Shown: piece by piece, positions 8,311 to 21,900 of the stretch
Layout: every line of letters begins with the position of its first letter
Numbering within the stretch: the first letter of the stretch is position 1
Virus record (IMG/VR): IMGVR_UViG_3300020294_000027
Coordinates: 1-27,100 of that record
Length of the DNA: 27,100 bases
Source: a virus
Lineage: Duplodnaviria; Caudoviricetes
Direction: 5' to 3' (one strand)
Notes under the pieces: generated by a model
Seen by the model: only the letters and a program-made list of their open reading frames with translations
Database searches by the model: none
What the model was told of the DNA's origin: nothing
Made by a program: the position numbers and the translations under genes

Positions 8311-9882
8311 TTAGAATTCCAGGATGATTTTAACGTCTTCTTTTTGTCGAGTATTTCGAGCAATCGAAGGTCTATTGTCAAGATAAACAATTTCCCCCGA
8401 TCCTTTATTTATCTCAGGTTTAGATAACCCTTCATTGAAGGTAGTTTCTAAATTAATTAATTTTGTTCCAGAGGGATTTGTACTAATTCCACTAAATCCC
8501 GTATCAATAGTTCCTGAGAAAGTAGAACTAGTTCCTTTAACAGCATTAGCACTAGATTCAAATGGATATATTTGACCTGATGTAGAGATACCAGCATAAT
8601 CAGTTTGATCATTGGTTGTTGTATAATTTAGAGATCTATCTCTAAAATACTTCATAACTTGAGTTTCTTTATCATATGAAGCAACATAAGCACTTGCTTT
8701 CTGTGCATCACCATTACTATCAGTAACATTTTGTGTTATTTCCTCACCTATAGTTGGTGTACCTGCAACAGTTTTAAACTTAAAGGCATTCAAAGATGAA
8801 AAAGTAGTTCCTGTAAAGGTATTGGAAGTTCCAACCTGAGTTGGATTTTTTACAATACCTACTTGAGCAAACTTAGTATCTGTTGGGAAATCTTTTGTAG
8901 AATCATCAAATCTTGCATATATCAGAACCTTATCAGTACCAAGTTCTGTGTAAATGTCATGTCCATGACCAAGAGATGGTGGGATGATAGGAACAAGTTT
9001 TGCTCTTTGATTTGATGGGTGCTGAGTGTCTTGTAAAGCACCTAGATCTACAAGAGCATAACTGTAATCTTTACCACCAGAACTTACAGTAACATCTTTA
9101 ATTACACCAGATACAATATCAACTCTTGCTTTTCCACCAACTCCATCACCAACTATTTTAACTTCTTGACCTAATCCATCAGCATATTTACCACCTGCAT
9201 TATCAATATAAACATGCTTAATTTGATTATTATTTACTGTAGAATCACCATTCTCTCTTATATTTCTAATTTGAGAGTCTGTGCTAGTTGCCCAACTATT
9301 AGGAACTGTGATATATTCTGTTGAATCAAATTTAAGTATGTCTGCTGGAGAAACAGTATACAAATATTTCCAAACATAACCATCACCACTAGTACCAGCT
9401 CTAGAAGGTTCCAAATCAGTAAATGTTGGTTCGTCTTGAGAAATATTACCTTTTACATTTTCCCCAGTTGAACCATTAGATATACAAAGATAAACTTTGA
9501 AATCTGAATTCATTACATAATAATTTGCACCATATAATCGACTAGACTCTTTTATAGGACTTGGATTACTTACGCTGTAATCATCCCTATAAATTTCATA
9601 TCTATTACCAGCAGTCCAGTCAACTCTTCTAATAATTCTCCTAATGTTTGCAGAAGAAATCTTCTTACCATACATCATAGTATCACCAACATGAGCATGA
9701 CGAGAAAAATTATCGACAGGATCGGGTGTATTTGTATTCCAATTAGAATCTCTTCCAAAACCAACCGTGGTTGGATTTGGCAATCCTATAAAAACATAGT
9801 ATGAATTGTTATCAGATTCTACTGATTCTACAAAGTTATTCGCATTAAGAATTCTAAACTGATCAGTAACAATTGCAGACAT
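8311..9882 (-). CDS. gp8: Baseplate wedge subunit gp8, 523 aa
   Basis: MSAIVTDQFRILNA..F, YYVFIG, RRIIRRVDW, YYVMNSDFKVYLC, DGYVWKYLY, and C-terminal SGEIVYLDNR..I.R...QKEDVKIILEF match T4-like gp8. Position follows gp7. Confidence 0.92.
   Translation of the reverse strand: MSAIVTDQFRILNANNFVESVESDNNSYYVFIGLPNPTTVGFGRDSNWNTNTPDPVDNFSRHAHVGDTMMYGKKISSANIRRIIRRVDWTAGNRYEIYRDDYSVSNPSPIKESSRLYGANYYVMNSDFKVYLCISNGSTGENVKGNISQDEPTFTDLEPSRAGTSGDGYVWKYLYTVSPADILKFDSTEYITVPNSWATSTDSQIRNIRENGDSTVNNNQIKHVYIDNAGGKYADGLGQEVKIVGDGVGGKARVDIVSGVIKDVTVSSGGKDYSYALVDLGALQDTQHPSNQRAKLVPIIPPSLGHGHDIYTELGTDKVLIYARFDDSTKDFPTDTKFAQVGIVKNPTQVGTSNTFTGTTFSSLNAFKFKTVAGTPTIGEEITQNVTDSNGDAQKASAYVASYDKETQVMKYFRDRSLNYTTTNDQTDYAGISTSGQIYPFESSANAVKGTSSTFSGTIDTGFSGISTNPSGTKLINLETTFNEGLSKPEINKGSGEIVYLDNRPSIARNTRQKEDVKIILEF
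8406..8413 (-). promoter_or_regulatory. Late promoter GATAAATA embedded in the 3' end of gp8
   Basis: Matches NATAAATA; 102 nt upstream of the vrlC-like start; lies within codons E-I-N-K. Confidence 0.55.
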
Positions 9883-9908
9883 TTTTATTAACTAAGACTT
9901 TTTTTCTT

Positions 9909-9916
9909 TATTTATA
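9909..9916 (-). promoter_or_regulatory. T4 late promoter TATAAATA (gp55-dependent)
   Basis: Perfect T4 late consensus in the 48-nt gp7-gp8 intergenic gap, 27 nt upstream of the gp8 ATG. Confidence 0.85.
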
Positions 9917-9930
9917 GTCATTTTTATTGA

Positions 9931-12900
9931 TTAACTTATTTGAATTCTAATAGCACCAGTATTCCTTAAACCTTTCAGTGAAGATCTAGCATAGCTTCTT
10001 CTTTGAATTGTTGGGAATGTGCTTAATCCAGAGTCAACAGTTAATCCAGTAACACCTATAGAGATTGGTGATTCTGCTCTAGTAGCGTTATATAACCTAC
10101 CCCATGATATTTTTCCGTAAGTGGTTGTTAAACCAATATTGGTTGGTTCATCTATATTAACTCCACCTGCGTCATGGAACCCAGTAGCAGCTAATCCAGT
10201 AATAACATCATTTGTATTCTTGATGTTACAAACAATTTCACCATTTTCACCAGAGGTATGTGCAATTTCAGAAACCTTATAGATGTTATCCATAAATCCT
10301 GATCCAATTGCAATGATTTCATTATCATTCTTATCAACAGATGTAGTTGGATCTCCACCTATACCAGCAGTAAATCTGTTATTGGTTGGTTGAATTGATC
10401 CATCATTAAATGGTAAGTATTCCGCAGTAGTTTGTGCTCCACCAACAGTGAATGGTGTGTTTGAAATATACACATAATGACCTGCTTTTAAGTCAGTTGT
10501 TGGTTTGTCTGCACGGAAAGCAAATCTTAGTGCCAATGGATGACCATTTGTTCCTGCTGATGTAGAAATACCAGTGATAATACCTGCAAATCCTTGTACA
10601 TTCTTTATTTCCAATATCTTTTCAGATCCATAATATGCTTGAGGTATTACAACTTGTGGTGGATTGGAATGAGTATAACCTAAACCAATATTTGTTATGT
10701 TATATCCAGTAATTTGTCCACCTGTTACCGTAGCACTTGCTTCTGCAAAAGTTGAAATTCCAGTAACTGCATACTTATTTCTTTCAGTGGTTCCAATACC
10801 AACTCCAACTGGAGCAGCAATTGATAATGTAATAGCAGCACCAACATATCCACTACCAGGTTCATTGATTACTAATGATTCAATATCACCCTTATTACTT
10901 ACTATTGCAGTAATTGCAGCACCTACAAAATTAGCAGGTGGTAGTAATAATGCGTCAACAGATTCAATAGAAACTCCATATCTATCTTCTACCTTAAGAT
11001 GTAATGGTGCTTCTTCATAGAAAAATGCTTCTGCATCATCTACAAAGATTCCATCAGTTTCTTCAACTGTAATTCCTGTAGTAGATCCAATACTTGCAAT
11101 AATCTTAGCAGTTGGATAAATTTGTGGTTCTAATTGCTCTCTTGCTTTTGAGATTAAATCTCCCTTAATCCAAACATCACTCTTTTGCTTAGTCCAATCT
11201 AATGGTTTAGCATAGAATTCTGTTATTCCAACACCAGTGTATATTGTTGTTTCAACTAAATCAGATCCTAATATTGCTTTAACTGGTCTTGTAGTTTCCT
11301 GAGTCTCTGTAAATGGTTGTACATTTGGATCTAAGAAATCTGGATGCTTAATAATTTGGATGTCATCTCCAATTTTTATTGTTTCATTTACATCAACTAT
11401 TTCAATATCAACACCCTCTTCTCCCTTGTAGAAGAATACATCTACTTTATCACTTGCCATTGGTGCTTCAGTGAATGTAAATGTGGTTCCACCTTCAAAT
11501 TGATATGAAACATTAGGTGTTTGTAGAACTCCATTCACAAATATCAATAATACTGCATTTAAATCTATTTGATCTGATAATGCAGATTCTTCATCAACCT
11601 CAAATGATAATAATTGACCATTGAAGAATAATGGGAATCTTCTTCTAGATCCAGTTTGCATAAGTGCAATACTATCAATAAAGTCTAATTCACCAAATTG
11701 CCAAGATGAATAGTAATCATTAAATGTTTCTACAACTTCAAGTTCAAACTCTTGAATTGGTCTCTGTAATCTCTTATCAACAACTAATCCTTGAGGTTTA
11801 AACTTATCACCAATCTTAAATGAATGACCAGATCTTGCGATTTGGAATTCAGAGATCTCAAACATACTTCTAGCAGCACCAACATTGGTTCTAGCAGCAC
11901 CAACCGCTACATTCATAAGAAGATTGTTACCAGTATCTGTAGTCCCACCTATACCCAACCTAGAAATACCAACAACAGGCATATTCTCATAAACTGGATC
12001 TGGAATATCAAGTTCTGGATTAACATACTTTCCACCACCATTCTTAACAACTAATGATAATGCTCCACCTGTTCCTGCAGGTGATTTTCCTACCATTACT
12101 CTAAAGGTATCTGCAGTTGCTTTTCCTACAGGTACTTGATTAGCAAAAATAGGGTCAGTTGTTCTTGGATATGCGTGTAATGATTGATGTTGATCTTGCT
12201 CACAAGTAAACACTATTGAATTTGCAGCAATTGTAATATACTCATTTGATTTTTGAATACATCCATTTATTGCAGGTTGAACGAAAGTATGATCATATTT
12301 CTCATATGATGGATTTGGGTTTACATTAACTCTAAATGTATTAATCGTAGCATTTGTAATAAACAACCATCTTCCACTAGCATAATCAGTAGGTCTTGGA
12401 TAATGATGCTTAGTTACATTACCATCTTTAGTGCAAGTAAATGTTAATGAATTATCTTCAATGAGAATCTTATCATTAACAGCAAATCCATGACCATTTT
12501 TAGTAACAGTTAGAACACCAGTTGTTTGATTATAAGCAACATTTGAAGGTGTAATTGTACTTGCACCACCAACACCGTGACTAGATTTTACTATTATCAA
12601 TTCACCTGTTGATGGATCATACTTAGCATTAGTTGGTGTTAAAACTCCACCAGAACCTATAGTAACGCTACCTGCACTAGAACTTACAAACTTATGTTTA
12701 TTTGTAGCAACTTTAGCTTCAACTACAGCTTCTCTACCACCTCCACCACCAGTACCAACATTAACAGTAAAGCTATTATTAGCGATTCTTTCAATACCCA
12801 ATGTTACACCTGATGCTGGATCAGTTGTTCTTGGATATGGATGATTACTTCTATGATTATCTCTATCACAAGTAAATATCAATGATTCATCTAAAATCGT

Positions 12901-15900
12901 AACTGTATTAGATGCCTTTAAAATGCCCCCTGTCACCACTGAATCGAACTGATGGGTATAATTGCCACCTGTGGTTATACAATTGGGTACAGCACTGACA
13001 AATGTGTGACGAGTGGTGTTTGTAGAAGGTTGTACTGATAGTACTTGTACAGTAATAGTAGTATCTGTTACAGATTCAATCTTTATCGCAGTATCGTTGT
13101 ATGGATCTGAAGATCTTGGGTAAGTTTTGGTTGATGTATTATTATCAACATCACAAGTAAATCCTAAAGAATTAGTTGCAATCTTGATACTTGTGTTTGG
13201 TGTTAAACTATGAGATCCAATATGCATCTCCATCAAACCAGTTACTGGATCATAATCCACATCAGTTGGTGTGAATGAAACTGTAGGTGATGTTCCTACA
13301 TCAAGTTTAAAGGTGTTTGTAGTCTTATTTGTAACATTAACCCACTTACCACTAATTGGGTCTGAAGGACGAGGATATGTATGAGTAGATCCATAATTAT
13401 CCATTTCACACTTAAGTGATATAGAATGATCCTTAATCTTAACTAAATCACCATTAACAAATGGATGACCAGCCATTGTAACTGTTATCTTACCAGTAGA
13501 TGCACTATAAGCAACACTATCTGCTGTATGTTCTGTTGCTGCTTGTAAATTATGTGTTCCAACAGTTAATACCAATTCACCGCTTTCTGAATGATAATCA
13601 ACAGTTGATGGTGTGTATTGTGTTCCTGTATTTGCAGTAACTGCATTATTAGCAGAACTTACAAACTTATGTTCATAAAGTATATCAGTAACTCCAATAG
13701 CAACTGGTTCACGATAACCAGATCCCATAGTTAAATCATTCCAGAATTCATAAGCAAATCCACCACCGTGGTAGATATGTGGAATAGTTGACATTCCAAC
13801 TTTTACTTCAAAACTTCTTTCAGATACAATACCAACTAATTGTAAAGGTTTTTCTTTATCCTTTGCATCTGGTCTTTCATCTTGGAATAATGAAGTTGTA
13901 ACTCCAACATAATTTAAAGAACGAATACAATTAGGAACTGCCTCAACAAAGGTATGAGTATCAGTATTAGTTGGTGATATTCCTAATAGTGCATTAACAG
14001 TAAATGTATCAGCATCTACAACAGTGACAGTTAGATACTTATCATGGGCAGGATCAGTGGATCTAGGATAAGATCCATTTCCACCACTACCATAAGTACA
14101 ACTAAATGTTAATCCTTCCTTATCAATCTTAATTGAATCGCCAGTTGTAAGTTTATGATCAACAATCTTAATTGTTAGAAGTCCTGTTGCAGGATTGTAT
14201 GCTGTACCAGTGGTAGGTGTTCCTACAGCATAGGTTGGACACTTAAATTCCAATCCTTTCAATTTAACTGTATTAGGAGATCCTAAACCGAATCCATGTA
14301 CTTTATTGGTAGTAACTGTAATAATACCAGTTGTATTATCATATGCAGCAGTTTGAATACCAAGATTGTACCTAGCAGATGTTCCTACACCAACAACATT
14401 AGTAATAGAACCAGCAGCAAATAAATTAGTATTATTCTCTATATCTAATCTAACTTTTGCACCAACTAAAGGAGCATATCCAAGTCCAGGTGTTGAACCC
14501 ATAGAAACTATCAAACCACCTCTTGGAAGTTGGTTTTGATTAATATCAAACTCAGATTGCATCATTTGACCATTCTCTGAGCTAATACCAGTGAATACTA
14601 CACTTGATACACCAACATTAGTATCCTGTTCAAATTCGTAGTTATTTCCAGCATTATTAACTGTTAATGGTGTCTGGAACACTCCATTAATGAATAATAC
14701 TCCATTACCAAGACCAACTCCAGTTATGGTGTTAGCACCACCAACTGTCATAGTATAAGTTCTTCCTATTCCAGTGAAATTATCTGAAATATCATCAAAT
14801 ACCATATTAGTGGTATAATTTTGTCTTAAGAAGGTTCTTCCACTAAATTCTGCTCTCACATAAGGAAGATTGGTTATATTTCTTCTTTCTCTAGTATTTC
14901 CTTTTGGTGGATCTAAGAACCAAGCAGTACTATCAACAATATTAAACGATCCTCTATGAACTCTAGCCTCTGATCCGTCTGCGTGTTCTGTTGCTCCAAT
15001 ACCTAAAGATCCTCTTCTTACTCTAACAACAGGTAAAGTGCATATTCCAGCAGCAATATCATCAGATTTATTGATAGTTCCTTGAGGAAGACTTGAGAAT
15101 CCTATCTGCTCAACCTTCATATATTCTGGACCAACCTTCAATACATCTCTAGGTTGAATAGAACTTATTCCACTGAGAACAAATTGAGGTGTTCCAGAAG
15201 TTATAAGTCCAACAAGATTGTGCTCAATTGCGGTATATGTGATTGGTTGTTGAATAATACCATCTAAACCAATAACAGTCTTAGATAACTTCTTAGTCAT
15301 CTCAAACTTATGAGCATTACCTTCACCAACACCAGTCAATTTAACTGGAAGACCTGAAGTGATATACTCTTTTTGAGTATAAAGTTCTATAGTATTAGAA
15401 TCAATAGCTTTCACATATACTGTGGAAGGTAGTATATCAGTAACAACACCCACATTATTAGCAGTTGATCCAATTGAAACTCCAGTAGAACCTACACCAA
15501 CGAAAGTAGATCCAGCAATATAAGTAATCTCTTCATTATTATTGAAGAAGTGATTAGGGATATTAAATCCAGTTTGATCTAATGTTAGATCTGCAGGGTT
15601 GAATACCTTACTATAAATTGGAGTTCCTTCGTGTGTAAGTTCAAAATTAACTTTATTTGCTCTAGTTCCATTTACACCATCATAAGAATCTAAGAATATA
15701 CTTTTTTCTAATGGTCCATATTTTAATGAAGAAGGTTCATTTGCAAAATCATTCTCAGTATTAAGAACTTCATTATATGCCTGAACTTCAATTAAAGTAG
15801 TTTGAGAGGTATCTGGATAGAAATTAAGCTCATTATAGATTCCATTATCAACAGTTCCAAATGTACCTAAACCACTAGTAGTAGCACCTGTAAATGGATA

Positions 15901-18900
15901 CTGAATAGTTGTTGTATTATCACCATCTTGAATAGAAACAATCTGGTGCATAGCAGAACCACCAGTTTCATTAGATACTCTTACATAAGATTTAACTGAA
16001 GAATCAATATCTTTTTGAGTTCTGGTAACTAGTATTGGAGTAGAAGTTCCAGTATGATATGTTGATTCTAATCTACCACTTCTTTCTGCACCTACAGGTT
16101 GTCCAGGAACTGCGAATCTATAAGTTCCAATTCCTGCAGTTGTAGTACCTAGTCCAACAATATTTGAACTGACATTAATTACTTGCTTAGTCTGGTTTTC
16201 ACATTCAAGATAAATTGTTCCAGAATCAAGTCTAGCAGTTAAAACTCCAACTTGAGATGAACTATAACTTATGTTTAAAGTATCAATGTAAGATTCTGTA
16301 TAATAAAGATTACTTCCATCAAAATCAACAATAATTTCACCATAATTTAAATCTTTAGTAATATCATCCTGTAAAACAACTGTTGCAAATAACCCATTAA
16401 AATCAGTATGATCAAATTGTGCTAAGATTGTAGTTGTAAATCCAGAAACAACATTATTACTATCAGTATCTGCGATTGCAACTTTAACATTAGATGCCTT
16501 AAAATCAATAGATCCTATAGTATCAATTCCATCAACAACTGCATTAGTAGTAAAATCTGTTTTATAGATCTTAATATCATGATCTCTGTTATATCTTTCG
16601 ACTGGATTAAAGTTTAAAGTCTTTCTTTGGAATGTATCAGAAACTGCTTCAAAATCACCTAACTTCTCATATGTCCAATCAGAACTCTTTTCTACCAAGA
16701 AAGCATCATTAGTTGTAGTTAAAACAACCAAATCAGACAATTGAGCATCATTAGTATCTGCATCTACAACTTGGATGAGATATCTTGCAAAATTGGTATC
16801 TATTTCTTCAATTTCTGTAAATAAGTCTTGTAATCCCTTACTTGAGAACTTATTACTAATATTATCATGAAGAAGAACTCTATTTGTTTTGCATTTTGTA
16901 TAATCTGTTAACTTTAGATTTTCAAAAGTAACAAATTTAGATTTATTACCTCTAGTATCATAATCTTTAGCAAGATCAAAATTGTTAATAGTATCTACTC
17001 TTCTTTCTCCCATAACATCAACAACAATTGATGGTACTGAAGAAACACTGGTTCCTACACCAACATTACCAACAACAGTTTCTATTGATGTGTCTGCAAA
17101 GTTCTTTAATCCAGATGGGTGTACTAATCTGTTTACTGGATCAACAAATTGATCCCAAGTAATTGGACTCTTAACAGAATATGAAAGATTCTGGAAATAA
17201 TCATTATTTGGAATTACTTGAATATCTTCATTCAATTTACCACTATCATCTATCCATCCATATTCTTGGCGATTTGCATAATCAACTTCAAACCTTGCTT
17301 TATTTTCAGTTAAAGATACTACAGTTGCAGAAACATTACTGGTTTCGCCTTTTATTCTCTGTCCAACCTTAAGTCTAAATGTTCCATCAACTTTAATGAA
17401 ATCATCCCTTGTATCAGCAACTATTAAATCCTTAGAAAGGAATATATCATTCTCTTTAACAAGAATAGGTTCGTTTATTATAAATGATCCTCTTTCCTGA
17501 ACAGATTCAAGAATTGGATAATTATTCTTATTAATAATGCTTGCATAACCAGATTGATAGGTTTTAGCAATACCTGGATTAGTTGTTAAACCACTTATAC
17601 TATACTTTAATACTGCTGGATCGGAATTAACAAAATCCTCAACTTTAAAGAATCTAAATTGATAGTTTGCTGAATTATAACCATCTCCACCAGTAGCAAC
17701 ACCAACAGAAACATTACTCTGCGTTCCAATACCTGCTTCACCAAATAATTCAACACCTTCAACAAATACTTCATCTCCAGTTGCAAATGGAGAAACTCTA
17801 AAACCACCAATAGGTGTTTCTAATGTACAAGTGACGATTCCAGAACCACCACCCTCCATAGAGTTAATTCCAATACCATTTGAATTATTAATAGTAATAA
17901 TTTTATGATTTACAGAATTTAATCCCTGAACAGGAGCAATTACCTCAACTTCAGATATAGTCTGATTTGGTACTTTTGCTAATAATGAAGTGTCATCAAC
18001 AACTACATCATTCTCAGGATCATATACAATAATATCAGGAGCACTTAGATATTCATTACCACCATCAGTAACAGTTATTGAAACAATACTATCTAAGTTG
18101 TCAATTCTAACTACTGGAGAAACAAATGCTTCAGGACTTAATGTTCTATCTGAAGAATATTCATAACCAATATCAACTATCCTTACATTATTAATTCTAC
18201 CAACAGAAGTTGATAATGCTACAACATTAGCATTTTTTCCATTAAGACTAACAATTGAAGAGAATTTTGGAAGTTGCTTATAATCAAATCCTTTTGAAAT
18301 TACTTTAATCTCTTTTACAGGTCCAAGAACTGACTTAGATTCTGTGGCATATTCAATTGTATCGCATTGATCTTCTTTATATGATAGAAGTTCTGGAATT
18401 GATCTTGGAGAAACTTTAAATGTATCAGAAGTTATACCAAAAATCTTATAATCACCACTATATGCACTATCAACAAAATTAATTTCAGAATAATTTGGAA
18501 TTGTAGTATCTGCTGTGCTGATATATCCAGATTTCTCTAATGTATAGTATAACCTAGAAGGTGTTGTTTTTGAGAATGCAAGTGATATTGTTGATTCAGT
18601 TCCAACACCAACAGTACCTACACCACTTACATTGAAATTATTATCATCTTGAGCACTAATAAATTCATTCTTGAATTGTTGATCGTAGAATACCTTTAAT
18701 TCATATCCAAATAAAGAAGAGTCAGAAACATTAAATGTTAACTTAGAATTCTTAATTACATCTATTTGTGGATTAATTGCAGCAATTGTGTGGTCAACAG
18801 CACCAGTAGAAGAAATACCAATTAATAATGGTGGATCTACTTGAACATCTTTTAAAGTTTTAGCTACACTAAATTCATTTCTGTTTAACTCATAAACAAA

Positions 18901-21900
18901 ATAAGTACTAGAAGTTGATAATCCACCAACAGAATCTGCGTGAGCATAATTGCTATCATAGAATATCTTATCTCCAGTCGAATACCCGTGATCTTGGACT
19001 GTAATACTGTTTCTTTCAGTATTAATTCCTGTAGAAGTAAATCCAACCCTATTAACTAATATAAGTTCATGCTCTTCATTGTATATCAATGATAATGGAG
19101 CAGTGCTTCCTACACCAACAACAGTGTTTGGAATTACATTTAGAGTTACTACATCACCATTTGATAAATTATGAGATTCTGTATTGGCAATTGCAATCTT
19201 TGTAGTAACCTTAGATACAATCTTATCAATATCACCTGTAACTTGATCAAAAGTTGATTCTAAAAGGTATTCATAATCATCAGATTCATTACCTTTGAAG
19301 AATAATCCTTCACTAGTAGTTGCAGCACCAACCTGAGTAACTAAACCAACATAGTTTTGACCTTTATTAATTGCATAAACAGTCGAACGATCAGTAGTTA
19401 CATTAGGTAAACTAAAGTTAAGAACTGCTTCCTCAGTATCACCAACGATTAAAGAGTTTGCAGTCCCTCTCTTACTGAAAATTAACTTCTGACCAGTCTT
19501 GAATGGATGATTTGGCAGATAAATTGCCCTAGTTGGAATAGAAACTTCACTTATAGTATCACCAATCCTATATTCCTTTGTAATACCACCACCAACAGTA
19601 ACACCAGTTCCTACTGAATTCTTTGCATTGAAATATACTTTATCATTTAATTTTGACTCAAACTGTTTAGTTTTAACTGGTATACTAATATGACTGTTTA
19701 ATACATCAATACTAGAACTATAAGTATGGGCAATTCCAGGTCCAAATCTCTTAACTCTTAGAATTGATCCCATATCAAAGATGTTCAATACTTTAACCAA
19801 CTCATCTTGATCTATTTTTAAAGTAGAACCGATAGAAACAGTATCTGGTATAACATTCACATAGATATCATCAACTCTACCAGCAACAATTGCATTAGAA
19901 GTCATTGATTGTGCTAAACCAATTCTATTGGTGCTTATACCAACTGAGAAAGAATCTGTAAGATGTACAATAGAACTACTAAGTCCAGATACAGATATTA
20001 CATCATTATCATTTAACTCAATAAATGGTAAGTAATGTGCTTGTACTTCCTTATTATTTTTCCAAGTAAATACTGCATTTTCAAATGATTCTAATTCAGT
20101 TTCAATAGAAGAAACACCTAAACCAGCAATACTCTTAACTTGTCCACGAAGTCCAGAACCACTAGTTCCAGAATTATCAAAAACAGTAAAGTCACCAACT
20201 TGATATCCACTACCACCATCTAGAACTTGCAATCCATCAATTTCACCAACAGTTACAGATTCTATTCTACTTAACTGCCTTACACGCTCATTAGATTCTA
20301 TAATAAAATCATTATTTGCATTAGGATCGCCAACCTTATATGGGAATGTATTTCTAGCAAATGATGTACTATTAAAGTCAAATGAATGTGATAAAGTAGT
20401 ATTTGATGATATGAAAGGTGAACGATAAGTATTACCAATAAAATATGGGTACTTAGGTTCTAATTTTCCAATATTTGGACCAGACATTGCAGTAGTAACA
20501 CCTGCAAAGTATGCATATACACCATTTGGAAACTCTGGAGTCTTACAGAATCTTCCATTATGAACATCTAAATCTCCTGTAGAGTTGAAATAGTAATCAT
20601 CAGTGAAGAATCCTTCATCGAATCCACTTGGTCTATTCTCAACTTGAGTCATATCCAGTTCATATCCTGGATTCATTAATCTAACTGTTGGACCTAACTC
20701 ATCTGATGCAGAAAAACCAAAAGGTCCATAAATTGGATTTCCATCAAATGCCCATCCAATAATAGGAGAATGTGATGATGCATTATCATTAAAAGTATTT
20801 GCTATATCTTCGTTATATCCATATAAACTGAAATATAATTCTTCATCAGTACCTTCTAATGCATATGTACCAAATCTCTTTCTACTATCAACAGTTAGTT
20901 TTCTAACTCTAGGCTCAAATAGTGCATTTTTTCCAGTTGATTCTACATAAAGATTTGTTTGTGCAGCAGTATATCCAATACCACTATTAATTACTACAAC
21001 ATCTGTTAATTTACCATCAGTAATAACAGGTCTTAAGATAGCACCACTACCACTAAGACCAGTAGTTGTAATACCAGTTGTTTCTACTGAAATTGATGGT
21101 AATGAGAAATAATCCCTTCCTCTGTTTAACACTTGAACATCAAGTATCTTACCATCTACTATGATTGGTTTTAATTCAGCATCTCTTCCTATTTTGACTT
21201 CTACAACAGGATTTTTTTCGTGATTAAGGATTGTAGATCCATAATTATCTCCCTCTTCATACAAATACGCTTGAGATATTTCTCCAGTAACAACAGGAGT
21301 GAAATTAAATGATCCTGTAACTGTTGATGCATAAGAAACCTCACAATTTACAGAAATATCAGGATATTTAAATGACTGTAGACCAGAACCTGTAGAAGTT
21401 AATCCAACATACTCACCTCTATCATAATTTACCTTTGATGGTGTAGTACTAATTCCTGCATCTGCTAATCTAAATGAGTGATCATCGATCTTCATTATGT
21501 AATAAGCCTTAGATGTGCTTAATCCACCAATAGAAACATCTGCAGATGAATATTCAACAAGATCTGCATTAGCAAACCCATGATTTTTGAAATTTATAGT
21601 ATCAAACGCTACAGAAACTGCTGATGGTTTTATGTGTAGGTTTCTATATGAATATCCAGAACCAGCATTTAAAACTTTAACTGATTGTAATACATTCTTA
21701 GTAGATGTTCTGAACTTATGAATACCACTTGCATTAGTAGCAGTAGATAATCCAATAGTATTGATGCCTGTCATTGCATCTTCATAAGAATTATAAAGAC
21801 GAACAGTTTTTGTGTTAACAACACTAACATTGTATGGAGCACCAGTTGCTAATGTTCCATCTGAAGTATTTGTAGTATCAAATGCAGGACCTATACCAAG

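Noticed and set aside
12076-14360. Possible DGR template/variable repeats or CRISPR-like array
   Set aside because: Exact identity is limited to ~20 nt. There is no long near-identical pair with adenine-specific differences, no regular spacers, and no reverse transcriptase or cas gene in the window.
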